From Bdellovibrionota bacterium (GTDB lineage Bacteria; Bdellovibrionota_C; UBA2361; CAKMMH01): DNA of 64,000 nt. Shown here one piece after another: positions 27,412 through 37,115 of the stretch (positions are counted from its first letter, which is position 1; each line of letters opens with the position of its first letter). Made by a program: the position numbers and the translations under genes. The stretch is taken from NCBI GenBank assembly GCA_034180415.1, contig JAXFOK010000015.1, forward strand, positions 2,205-66,204, in the 5' to 3' direction. Below the pieces are notes generated by a model that was not told the DNA's origin, did no database searches, and saw nothing but the letters and a program-made list of their open reading frames with translations.

Positions 27412-29496
27412 ATGAAGAAATTTCAGATTCAAGGGCAAGATTTTGTATTAGCACTTTTTGTGCTATCAATTACCGCAATGCTTGTAATACCACTTCCTAC
27501 AAGTATGCTTGATTTCTTGCTTGTTATTAACATTTCATTTTCATTGCTTCTTTTACTTGCTGGATTATATATGCCAAATGCGTTGGCATTAATTTCTTTT
27601 CCTTCACTTCTTTTATTAACAACACTTTTTAGATTAGGTTTAAATGTAGCATCTACAAGATTAATTTTGAGCCAAGGAGATGCAGGCCATGTTATTGAGG
27701 CTTTCGGTACATTCTTAATTAGAGGTGAAGTAACAATTGGTGTTATTATATTTTTAATAATAACAATTGTAAATTTTATAGTTATCGCAAAAGGTGCAAA
27801 TCGTGTATCAGAGATTACAGCAAGATTTTCACTAGAATCGCTTCCTGGAAAACAAATGGCAATAGACTCTGATCTTCGTTCAGGAGTCATTGATGTTAAT
27901 CAAGCTAGAAAAAGAAGAGATGACTTAAGAAAAGAATCACAGCTTTATGCTGCTATGGACGGAGCGATGAAATTTATTCAAGGTGATGCAATTGCGGGCT
28001 TCTTTATAACACTTACAAATATTATAGGTGGTTTGTATATAAGTTTAAGAGGTGGAATGAGCCTTGGTGAAGCTGTAGAAACTTATACAACGTTAACTGT
28101 AGGTGATGGATTAGTTAGTCAAATTCCTGCGCTTTTAATATCAATATGCGCTGGTATCGTTGTTACAAGAGTTAGCTCAGGTGAAAATTCAACACTTGGT
28201 AAAGAACTTCAAGGACAACTTCTTAGTAGTCCAAGTATTATAATTTTTACAGGTTCTGTACTATTTTTCTTTGCTATACTCCCAGGACTTCCTGCATTAC
28301 AATTTATAAGTGTTGGTACGTTCTTAATAAGTGTTGGTTTATATTTAAATTACAAAAAAAGAGAAAGTACAAGAAATGTGGAGTTTCTTCCAATATCAGT
28401 TCTAAAGGCAAATCGAGAATTGTTAGAAAGCGATAATAGTAAAATACAAAATGTATTTCAAATATTTATAGATAAAGAGTTTGGAAGTTACGTAAATGAT
28501 AACTCACTTTCTATTTTACAGAAATGTAATGAGTATAAGGAAAATTTTAAAAAAATGACAGGTTTCGAGTTTCCTCAATTTAAATTTGTCATAAAAAATG
28601 AAATATTAAAAAATGCATTTAAAGTTTATAAATTGAACACGCTTGTCGTAGAATCTAGTTTTAAAGATGACATGATATATTTAAATATTAATAAATCTGA
28701 GCTTCCAATTTTGGGATTAAAAGATTTTGTTGAGGATTATCATCCTATATATGGAAATAAACTTTATGGCGTTATTAAAAATACATATACAAGTTTGTTA
28801 TGTGAAGAAACGGATTTAATGTATTATGATAAAATCGATTGGATTTTATTAAATATTGCAAGTTTTTGCATTGATAATCCAATAGAGTTTTTTAGCATTT
28901 CGGATATTACAAAAGTGTTGAAAGATATAGAAAAAGATTATCCAGAGATAATAAAAGATTTGTTTTCTATACCCAAAGTTAATAGTGCAAAAATTTTCAA
29001 AGTATATGCTGAGCTCATGAGACAAGAGATATTTTATATATCACATAAAGAAATTTTAGAAGGTATTATTTCATATTTTAATGGTTATAATGTATCTGAC
29101 GAATCTGATTTTGATGTATTTAATATTGTAAGTTATATAAGGCAAAGTAAAAAATTACATGTTACGTATAATTCAATTTATAAAGATAAAAGAATAAAAC
29201 TTTGTAGTATTTCAGATGAACTTCAAGAAACTTTTGAAGAAATGATACCACAAGTTTATGAGGGAAGTGTTAATTTAGATTTAAAAGATTTTGGGGTAAT
29301 TAAGAATAATATTGTGGCACTTCAAAGACCATATTTAGAAAAAGGTGTAACAAGCTTTTCGATAGTTAGTTCTAAAGAGTTAATACCTGTTATATATAGT
29401 GTACTTAAGATTTTTCAATTAAAGATTAATATAGTAGAATTTGATGAGTTAACATCTGATTTAAAAATAGAACATATTGGAATTTGGAGAAAATGA
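27412..29496 (+). CDS. FlhA/SctV-family (FHIPEP) type-III export-gate protein paralog, encoded at the 3' end of the tad operon
   Basis: The N-terminal 330 aa align almost residue-by-residue with the FlhA membrane domain (LLLTTLFRLGLNVASTRLIL, ITARFSLESLPGKQMAIDSDL, MDGAMKFIQGDAIAG, TVGDGLVSQIPALLISICAGIVVTRV). The C-terminal cytoplasmic domain is divergent but retains an FlhA-like stretch (KENFKKMTGFEFPQFKFVIKN, cf. RKKFAQDMGFLPPVVHIRDN). Confidence 0.85.
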   Translation: MKKFQIQGQDFVLALFVLSITAMLVIPLPTSMLDFLLVINISFSLLLLLAGLYMPNALALISFPSLLLLTTLFRLGLNVASTRLILSQGDAGHVIEAFGTFLIRGEVTIGVIIFLIITIVNFIVIAKGANRVSEITARFSLESLPGKQMAIDSDLRSGVIDVNQARKRRDDLRKESQLYAAMDGAMKFIQGDAIAGFFITLTNIIGGLYISLRGGMSLGEAVETYTTLTVGDGLVSQIPALLISICAGIVVTRVSSGENSTLGKELQGQLLSSPSIIIFTGSVLFFFAILPGLPALQFISVGTFLISVGLYLNYKKRESTRNVEFLPISVLKANRELLESDNSKIQNVFQIFIDKEFGSYVNDNSLSILQKCNEYKENFKKMTGFEFPQFKFVIKNEILKNAFKVYKLNTLVVESSFKDDMIYLNINKSELPILGLKDFVEDYHPIYGNKLYGVIKNTYTSLLCEETDLMYYDKIDWILLNIASFCIDNPIEFFSISDITKVLKDIEKDYPEIIKDLFSIPKVNSAKIFKVYAELMRQEIFYISHKEILEGIISYFNGYNVSDESDFDVFNIVSYIRQSKKLHVTYNSIYKDKRIKLCSISDELQETFEEMIPQVYEGSVNLDLKDFGVIKNNIVALQRPYLEKGVTSFSIVSSKELIPVIYSVLKIFQLKINIVEFDELTSDLKIEHIGIWRK

Positions 29497-29497
29497 T

Positions 29498-31828
29498 ATG
29501 GCTGATAATAATAATAGTTTAATAATTATTAATTCTATAAATGAGCTTTATAAAATAGAGTCTAGTATAGCTATTACAAATAGTTCTGAAAGTTTTAAAG
29601 CTGTCGAGATTAGTACAGGAAGAAGTGTGATTTTATCTGTATTAAAAAGAAAATTTAACGTTTATTTAGATCCTAAAGAAATCTCACAATTTTTAGATAG
29701 ACTTAATAAGATTCAAACTTTTGGAAGTTCGCTTTCTTCATTAATTAGTTTTGGTGTTGATAAGGATGGAGTAGGGTATTCGGTATGTGCTATTTCCTCG
29801 GTTAACTCGGTCTTATCTGGAACTATCAACTATGGTGAGGCAACTAGACGTTTAGAAGCTGTTTTGCAGATTCTTATGAAAATGCATAAAGCAGATATAG
29901 CTTGTGGTGATATATGTAATGATTCATTTTTTATAAGTAGAGAAGGGAATATCGGATTATTAGCTATAAATGGGACTTACCCTAGAAAAAGTGATGAAAA
30001 CTTAACAAACAGTCATTATGCACTTCCTAATATTCATGAACCAATATCAATATTAAGTGATATCTATAGATTAGGAATACTTAGCTATAAATTATTTTTA
30101 AATGATTATGATGCATATCCTTTTGATGAAAATAATAATTATATTCAATTAATTTCTTTAAATTGTGATATACCAAGTTATATCGATTTAGCAATAAAAA
30201 CATGTTTAAGTGTAAATCCAGAGGGAAGATTTAGTAATGCTGAAGAGCTTTTTAATTATATTAAATCAGAGCGAGAAAAAGATTCATCAAACGATAACTC
30301 CTTAACTTCTATAAATCCTACAAATGATGAGTTTTCAAAAGTTAAGGTGCTTAATGAAATAGCACTTAGAGAAGAAGTAAATAGTAAAAATAAAAAGATG
30401 AAGGCTACATTAGGCATTGTGGGAGTAGTCTTAATTGTATTTTTTGTGATTATCTTTTTAAGCCAAAATCGAGGAAGAGGTAATAATGGTGTATTAAATA
30501 TGAGAAGAAACACCCAAACAAGTGAAAGCCAGTTAAGAGAGCAAGAAGAAAAATTAAAAAGAATATACGATAGTGAAGATCCGCTAATGTATGTTGCAAT
30601 GGTTAATATGGCAAATAAAGCCTTAAATCCTCAACAAAGAAAATTAGTAGAAAAATATATTGTAAAAAGATTTAAAAATTATCAATATGATAATCTTGTA
30701 GTTATATTAGAAGATTTTTTATCAAGTATAGTTGGTAATGAGATTCCAGAGTTTTATGAAAAATTATTACTTGCTCTTGATAAAAAATATCCGATTGAGA
30801 AAAGGGGAGTTATTTTTAAAGAGCTTTCTAAAAACAATAAAAGTTTAATTGTCGATTTAGCAATAGCTTTATCGTTAGATGATAATAATGAAAAAAGTTA
30901 TAGAGATGTTTTTGTAAGTTTTCTTGATGATGAGTTTAAAAAAGATATTCAGAGGAGATCTTTTGATGCACTATTAATTGCAGAATACTTCTCATGGCAA
31001 AAATATGAGAGCTTACTAAAAGAAAAACTTACAAAATTATCTGATGAAGATTTAGTATGGATTGTTCCAATTTTTGTTAAAAGAAATGATAAATACCTTG
31101 AAAATGTTATCGATTTAATTACAAAAAGACATTTACTTGATGATGTACAGTCAAGCTTTTTATCGCTTATTAATGAATTAAATCCTCCAAAAGAAATTAA
31201 GGATATCTTATTAAAAGCTAGTACATCTCAGATTACACAAAATGACATTCAAGTAGTTTCAAATTGGATTAATATTAATAAAGAAAAAATATTATATGTG
31301 ATGATATTAGCGTTAAAAACAGATATTTCGCTTAAAAGAGAAATATTTGATATATTTTCAGTAACTAGAGTTCAAGATGAGTTAATTAATAAATATGTCA
31401 AATTTGTTAAAGAAAATTTATGGAATAATAGAGGTGAGCTTACTACTTTGATACCATATTTATTAAAATCAAAAGATTATTCTGAGGATAAACTATTAAA
31501 TGCTATTAAATATAGTATAAAGAAATTAAGTAGTTCGGATAAAAGTAAAATATTAACAGAACTTGTTGAAATCGCTGATGATAAAATTAAAACAATTATT
31601 TTTGAAAATTTCTATGAAGATTTAGGAGTAGGGGTCTTAGTAAATTATCTTTCTTATGATGATAAAAATATTAAGAAACTTGCACTAAAAGGATTAAAGG
31701 AATCAGGTATTGATGACATCATTATCTCAAATCTAATTATTGAAAAGTATGATGAAGAAGATGATGACGAAATAAGAAATATGTATAAATCAAATTTCTG
31801 GTTTATAAGAAAAAGAGAATTAGAATAA
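29498..31828 (+). CDS. Membrane pseudokinase: N-terminal degenerate protein-kinase-like domain, TM helix, C-terminal helical-repeat (HEAT/ARM-like) domain
   Basis: The kinase fold is recognisable (YKIESSIAI..., HKADIACGDICNDSFFI in place of HRDLKxxN, ING in place of DFG, ...SDIYRLGILSYKLF) but G-loop, HRD and DFG are degenerate. TM segment ATLGIVGVVLIVFFVIIFL. The start sits 1 nt after the FHIPEP stop (tgatATGg). The track start 29477 is in-frame upstream, but the coupled ATG at 29498 is preferred. Confidence 0.5.
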   Translation: MADNNNSLIIINSINELYKIESSIAITNSSESFKAVEISTGRSVILSVLKRKFNVYLDPKEISQFLDRLNKIQTFGSSLSSLISFGVDKDGVGYSVCAISSVNSVLSGTINYGEATRRLEAVLQILMKMHKADIACGDICNDSFFISREGNIGLLAINGTYPRKSDENLTNSHYALPNIHEPISILSDIYRLGILSYKLFLNDYDAYPFDENNNYIQLISLNCDIPSYIDLAIKTCLSVNPEGRFSNAEELFNYIKSEREKDSSNDNSLTSINPTNDEFSKVKVLNEIALREEVNSKNKKMKATLGIVGVVLIVFFVIIFLSQNRGRGNNGVLNMRRNTQTSESQLREQEEKLKRIYDSEDPLMYVAMVNMANKALNPQQRKLVEKYIVKRFKNYQYDNLVVILEDFLSSIVGNEIPEFYEKLLLALDKKYPIEKRGVIFKELSKNNKSLIVDLAIALSLDDNNEKSYRDVFVSFLDDEFKKDIQRRSFDALLIAEYFSWQKYESLLKEKLTKLSDEDLVWIVPIFVKRNDKYLENVIDLITKRHLLDDVQSSFLSLINELNPPKEIKDILLKASTSQITQNDIQVVSNWININKEKILYVMILALKTDISLKREIFDIFSVTRVQDELINKYVKFVKENLWNNRGELTTLIPYLLKSKDYSEDKLLNAIKYSIKKLSSSDKSKILTELVEIADDKIKTIIFENFYEDLGVGVLVNYLSYDDKNIKKLALKGLKESGIDDIIISNLIIEKYDEEDDDEIRNMYKSNFWFIRKRELE

Positions 31829-31837
31829 GCAAAGCTA

Positions 31838-31945
31838 CTACTTGCTATCTGAATTCAAGTTTTTGGTGGCAGCTCTCTGGCTCCTGTTTCAGATTTCCGG
31901 TTTCGGGTAGCTGGTAGCAGATTTGCTGAATGCTCGAAAACAGAG
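31838..31945. repeat. Family-C element after the pseudokinase stop
   Basis: ctgtttcagatttccggtttcgggtagctggtagcagatttgctgaatgctcgaaaacag. Shares gctgaatgct and agcagatt with the element at 43925..44012. Confidence 0.5.
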
Positions 31946-32037
31946 AAAAAAGAAAATTATTTAAAATCGATAATTTTATTGCATAAATCAACACAAGTAA
32001 AACGTGTGTTAGAAAAATATGGAGGTTAAAAACAGCT

Positions 32038-32268
32038 TTACTGTTTATTTTTAACAAGATTGTTATCGTTATGATTTTCTTTAAGAGTTGAATCTAAACA
32101 CTCAGTAGTGTTCTCTAGTGGACTTTCCATCGGCGTTGATATGACGTATTCTTCATTTGCCCAAGCACCTAAATCAATAAGTTTACATCGTTTCGAACAA
32201 AAAGGAAGATAGTCTAAACTTTCAATAGTATTTTCGACAATCTCTTTTTTACAATTAGGACATTTCAT
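32038..32268 (-). CDS. yacG: DNA gyrase inhibitor YacG (zinc-finger)
   Basis: [10 protein letters not shown] ... [20 protein letters not shown] matches the YacG CPxC...PFCSxRCxxIDLGxW signature. Confidence 0.8.
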   Translation of the reverse strand: MKCPNCKKEIVENTIESLDYLPFCSKRCKLIDLGAWANEEYVISTPMESPLENTTECLDSTLKENHNDNNLVKNKQ

Positions 32269-32298
32269 ATATAAAAACTTCTAAATTTTTATAAATCT

Positions 32299-32340
32299 CC
32301 TAAAAACAGTACACAAGTTATATTCTGTACTGTTTTTAGG
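32299..32340 (-). terminator. Hairpin (15-bp perfect inverted repeat) between the 32385..32675 gene and yacG; candidate intrinsic terminator or operator
   Basis: cctaaaaacagtaca-caagttatattc-tgtactgtttttagg. On the minus strand it is followed by an A/T-rich tract. It contains the ctgtac/gtacag core also seen in the family-A central hairpins. Confidence 0.45.
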
Positions 32341-32384
32341 TAAAATTTGTTTATTTTGAAAATAAAAGAAAAAAGTTTTAAGGT

Positions 32385-32675
32385 CTAAATAGCCAATTCT
32401 TTTAAGCTATTTAAATTAGAATTTTCCATTTCGCCTTGAGATATTATGGCGCGTTGTAGGCTATCTGAGTCTAAATCTAATGCTTCACAGATAAAAGCAA
32501 AAGTTAGGGGAGTTTCAAGATCTTCTCCCATAATCCAAAGTTTGGCAGCTTCTCGCAAATCACCTTCACCACTAACAAAGTCAGTTATTGCTCTTTGAAG
32601 GACAGCAGCAAGTAACTTCTTCTCTGGAAGATATTGATTTTGAGATGGGATTTCAGAATTTGACCAACCTTTCAT
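32385..32675 (-). CDS. Hypothetical small acidic protein (96 aa)
   Basis: ORF with a plausible start. No motif recognised. Confidence 0.4.
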   Translation of the reverse strand: MKGWSNSEIPSQNQYLPEKKLLAAVLQRAITDFVSGEGDLREAAKLWIMGEDLETPLTFAFICEALDLDSDSLQRAIISQGEMENSNLNSLKELAI

Positions 32676-33634
32676 ACAAGATTCCTTTTATTTAATAAAG
32701 TTAATTACAATAATCAAATTTTACACACACATTCTCTTTGCTAGCTAGTTAACTAAAAAGTCAACTTATAGTCTGCTAGCACTGATTCACTAGCGTTAAT
32801 GATATGTATAAAGTTAAGAATATACAAAAATATTAAATTATGAAAAATTAAAACTCCAATTTATAGAAAAATGCTTTGTAATCTTAAAACAACCTAAATA
32901 AACATAAGCTCCCTAAATAAATACGAGCTTTAAGCGTAAGACTAACTTAAAGGCTATTAAAAGACTACACGCTAAGCCTTAAAAACTCATAATAAAATAT
33001 TTTTACAACATTTAAAAACGATACTAATTTTAACGACTAAATAAGTCCTAAATTTTTTCAATCGTAAAAGAATATTTTGATATTCTACTAAAAAAAAAAT
33101 CTTACTCAATATAAAAAGGATTAATAAAGCAAAAAATCCTTTTTGAAAGATTCTTTAAGTAAAATATAAATGAAACCTATATAGAAAAATCGCCTTAAAT
33201 TTTGAAATAGAAACTTCAAAATAGCGAATCCACACAAGCTTAATAATACTAAACTTAAAAGTAACCCAAATTTAGCTTGTTTGTTTAGCTTGTTTGTTTA
33301 GTTTGTTTTTAAGCTTTATCTTTAAGCTTATATTGTGTTATATCTTATATAAGCTTGTCTGAATTTGCTACTTATTCTACTAAAAAATTTAACTTCTAAC
33401 CTTAAAAAACTATATTCTTTCAAACCGATTGCACACGATTATATGAAAAAGAAATTCAAACTTCAAGAAAAAAATACATTAGCGATAAAAAAAATAAAAA
33501 AATAGAATAATGTTTAAAAATTACTTGACTTAGATAAAAAATTGGGTCTTAAATTTTGAAAAATATCAAGGCTTTAACTTAATTTTTACGTAAAAACTTC
33601 ATGTATTTTATAGTGTGAATTATTACTAATATTT

Positions 33635-34603
33635 TTATTTATTTAATGCAAGGATTAACTTTGAGATATTTTCATCAATATCAAATTTCTTATTTTGAAT
33701 AGCATCTTTAGTTTGAATTTTTTCCTTATCAAGTAAAGTAATACTTTTTATAGCTTGCTCATATTCATTTCTGATTTGTTTACTACTATCTTTTAATGAT
33801 AATAATCTTCCTGTAAAAATTTCGTATGCATTTGGTGCTTGAATATTAACACTTCCGCCAATCTTATCTAATTCTTCCTTTAATAATGGAAGCGTAGCAA
33901 TATCATCTTTTAAATCTTTAAGTACAGGTAATCCTTCTAACACGCCACTTTTGTAAACTTCAAGTTCTTTACCTTTTTCATTTAATGGCTTTAGCGACAA
34001 GAAAATACCAAATTCTTCAGCTAGCAGCACGTGTCGCCTTTTTAATCTAATTTCTTTACTTTTTAAATCTTCTTTGTCAGTATCAAATGTGCCATAATTT
34101 GCGCTTTCAATTCTTAATGAATCTAACAATTCATAGGTATTGTTAATAGATTCATTTATATCTTTGTTTTTTAATAGACCTAGAATACTTAAGGACTTTT
34201 TAATATTTTTTAGTTCTAATAATGCTTCTTCAAAATCTCCTCTTTTTGCAAGAGAACCAATACTAAAAATTTGATTTTGAATTTTTGATGATAAGAGATT
34301 GTGTGGTAAATGCTTTTGCTTCGCTACTTGTGTAAGTGAAGGAAAAGAAGAGTAAAAAATTAAACTTAACATTTTATTAGGAATGTTTGGCTCTAATCTA
34401 TGAATACTAACCTTTAACGCGTTATCATATGATTTTTTATTAATTTCTTGCCTTAAAAGCTCAAAACTTACGCTAGATTCGCAATAATTTATGATTATTT
34501 CAAAAAAAGTTGAAAATAAAAAGATTAATACTAAGCTTATTCCAGACACGAAATAACCCGATTTTAAAGTTAAAGTATTATTGGGTAGCTTGTAGTAATT
34601 CAT
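33635..34603 (-). CDS. Hypothetical membrane-anchored protein (322 aa)
   Basis: N-terminal TM helix (YFVSGISLVLIFLFSTFF). The rest is helical and charged. No motif recognised. Confidence 0.4.
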   Translation of the reverse strand: MNYYKLPNNTLTLKSGYFVSGISLVLIFLFSTFFEIIINYCESSVSFELLRQEINKKSYDNALKVSIHRLEPNIPNKMLSLIFYSSFPSLTQVAKQKHLPHNLLSSKIQNQIFSIGSLAKRGDFEEALLELKNIKKSLSILGLLKNKDINESINNTYELLDSLRIESANYGTFDTDKEDLKSKEIRLKRRHVLLAEEFGIFLSLKPLNEKGKELEVYKSGVLEGLPVLKDLKDDIATLPLLKEELDKIGGSVNIQAPNAYEIFTGRLLSLKDSSKQIRNEYEQAIKSITLLDKEKIQTKDAIQNKKFDIDENISKLILALNK

Positions 34604-34694
34604 TTAAAATTAATGTATATTATAGAAACCTTAAAATAAACTAAAATTTTATTGAATTTTACCAAAATAAATATTTAAAAACAATAGGAATATT

Positions 34695-35963
34695 ATGAAC
34701 TTAGATGAAGAAAACAGAGTTAATAATTTAAGAAAAGTTTTACTTGGTGATTCTATAAGAGATACTTTTCCTATTTTTGCTAAATATGAGCAAAAAAGGC
34801 TTTGCTTTCTAGATTCTGCTGCAAGTACTCAAAAGCCAAAATGTGTAATTGACAGATTAACAGATTTTTATTCAAACGAGTATTCAAATATTTTAAGAGG
34901 TGCATACGAATTAAGTGCCAATGCAACCATACGATACGAAGAAGCACGGAGCGGAATTTCTAATTTTATAGGTTCTAAGTCATCAGATAGTATTGTGTTT
35001 ACAAGAGGTACAACAGAAAGTATAAATTTAGTATCTTATGCTCTTGAAGATTATTTTAATGAAGGAGATGTAATTTTATTAACAATAGCTGAGCATCATA
35101 GTAATATCGTTCCATGGCAATTTCTAGCTAAAAGAAAAAACTTAAAATTAGTTTATGCAAAAATTAATAATAATTACAATTTAGATATTGAAGATTTTTA
35201 TAATAAAGTTAAAGAATTTAAACCAAGATTAATTGCAGCTACTATGTGTTCAAATGTTTTAGGTTCTGTTTTTCCAGTAAAAGAAATTATATCGGGTGCA
35301 AAAAGTGTAAATGCACTTGTTCTTTTAGATGGTGCGCAATATGTTGCTCATAATAAAGTTAATGTAAATAAACTTGATGTAGATTTTCTATGTTTTAGTG
35401 GACATAAAATGTACGGACCTACAGGAATAGGGGTTCTTTATGCTAAAAGAGAACTTTTAGAAATGATGAAACCATTTCAAGGTGGGGGAGAAATGATATC
35501 AGAAGTTACATTAGACGATACAACTTTTGCCGATATCCCGTATAAATTTGAGGCGGGTACTCCAGCAATAGCTGAAGTTATGGCGCTAGGTGAGGCAGTT
35601 AATTTTATAAACCAAGTTGGAATCGAAAATATTTATGAACATGAAAAGAGTGTTTTTGAATATGCTATATCAAGGTTATCTTCTATAAGTTATGTAGATA
35701 TGTATTCTTCAAAATCTTCAAATGATAGTGGTAGCGTAATATCTTTTAATATAGATGGTGTACACCCTCATGATTTTGCAAGTATAGCTGATAATTTTGG
35801 TGTACAAATTCGCTCAGGTTTCCATTGTGCTATGCCACTTCTAAATTATTTAAAAGTTAATGCTACAAATAGAATAAGCTTAGGTATGTATTCTGATAAG
35901 CAAGATATTGATATGTTAATTGATGCAATATTAGAAAGTAGAAAGATTTTTAAAGTTAATTAA
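34695..35963 (+). CDS. Cysteine desulfurase (SufS/CsdA, class-V aminotransferase family)
   Basis: The PLP-lysine region ...FLCFSGHKMYGPTGIGVLYAKRELLE... and the C-terminal active-site Cys loop (RSGFHCAMP) are characteristic of group-II cysteine desulfurases. Confidence 0.85.
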   Translation: MNLDEENRVNNLRKVLLGDSIRDTFPIFAKYEQKRLCFLDSAASTQKPKCVIDRLTDFYSNEYSNILRGAYELSANATIRYEEARSGISNFIGSKSSDSIVFTRGTTESINLVSYALEDYFNEGDVILLTIAEHHSNIVPWQFLAKRKNLKLVYAKINNNYNLDIEDFYNKVKEFKPRLIAATMCSNVLGSVFPVKEIISGAKSVNALVLLDGAQYVAHNKVNVNKLDVDFLCFSGHKMYGPTGIGVLYAKRELLEMMKPFQGGGEMISEVTLDDTTFADIPYKFEAGTPAIAEVMALGEAVNFINQVGIENIYEHEKSVFEYAISRLSSISYVDMYSSKSSNDSGSVISFNIDGVHPHDFASIADNFGVQIRSGFHCAMPLLNYLKVNATNRISLGMYSDKQDIDMLIDAILESRKIFKVN

Positions 35964-35993
35964 GTTTTTTATTTTTATAAAAGAGATAAATAT

Positions 35994-37076
35994 ATGACAT
36001 CAGATTTTATAAGAAAGACTTTAATTCCTAATAATGAAGATATGCAATCTTGGAGTAATTTATCAAGTCTTGCTGGCGATTCTAGTAGTGATGATGAACA
36101 AGAAGGAAGCAGTATAAAATCTTTAAGACCAAATGCGTTTTTAGAGTATATAGGTCAAGATAGGGTAAAGGAAACAGTAAAAATTGCATGTAGCGCAGCA
36201 TTAAAAAGAGAGGATACATTAGATCATATTTTGTTTCATGGGCCTCCAGGACTTGGAAAAACTTCAATGGCAAGATTAATTGCAAATGAGCTTGGAGTAG
36301 GGTTTAAGACCACATCTGGTCCTGTTATCGAAAAACCAGGGGATTTGGCTGCAATTTTAACAAGTCTAAATGAAAATGATGTATTATTTATAGATGAAAT
36401 TCATAGGATTCCAAGAGTTGTAGAAGAAGTTTTATATCCAGCTATGGAAGATTTTGAAATTGACATTATGATAGGAAACGGTCCTGCTGCAAAATCAATA
36501 AAAATCGATTTAAAACCATTTACTTTAATAGGTGCTACAACTAGGACAGGGCTTTTAACTTCCCCTCTAAGGGATAGATTTGGGCTAATTTTAAGACTTG
36601 ATTTTTATAAGATTGAAGAGCTTAGAGATATAGTTCTTCGTTCAGCTAGCATACTAAATTTAAAAATTGATGATTTAGGCGCTTTAGAAATTGCAAGACG
36701 CTCTAGGGGAACACCAAGAATTGCAAATAAGCTTTTAAAGCGCGTTAGAGATTATGCTCAAACGAATAACTCTGATGTTATCAATAAAGAGATTGCTAAA
36801 AAAGCGTTAGATTTTCTTCAAATTGATAATCTTGGTCTTGATGAGATGGATAGGTTTATTTTAAAAACTATAATTGAAAAATTTCAAGGAGGTCCTGTAG
36901 GTATAGAAACTATATCATCAGCAATAGGTGAAGAAAAAGACACAATTGAAGATGTTTATGAACCATATTTAATCCAAGAAGGATTTCTTATAAGAACAAA
37001 AAGGGGACGTGTCGTAACAGAGCAAGGTTATAAACATCTAGGAATAAAATTTAACGGTGAATTATTGTTTGTTTAG
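35994..37076 (+). CDS. ruvB: Holliday-junction branch-migration ATPase RuvB, with an about 55-aa Ser/Asp-rich N-terminal extension
   Basis: Walker [21 protein letters not shown], Walker [10 protein letters not shown], sensor motifs and the C-terminal winged helix. The N-terminus ([40 protein letters not shown]) is longer than in canonical RuvB. Confidence 0.95.
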   Translation: MTSDFIRKTLIPNNEDMQSWSNLSSLAGDSSSDDEQEGSSIKSLRPNAFLEYIGQDRVKETVKIACSAALKREDTLDHILFHGPPGLGKTSMARLIANELGVGFKTTSGPVIEKPGDLAAILTSLNENDVLFIDEIHRIPRVVEEVLYPAMEDFEIDIMIGNGPAAKSIKIDLKPFTLIGATTRTGLLTSPLRDRFGLILRLDFYKIEELRDIVLRSASILNLKIDDLGALEIARRSRGTPRIANKLLKRVRDYAQTNNSDVINKEIAKKALDFLQIDNLGLDEMDRFILKTIIEKFQGGPVGIETISSAIGEEKDTIEDVYEPYLIQEGFLIRTKRGRVVTEQGYKHLGIKFNGELLFV

Positions 37077-37115
37077 ATAATTTAATTCGTTGATAATAAA
37101 AAAGAAAAATAGTTT

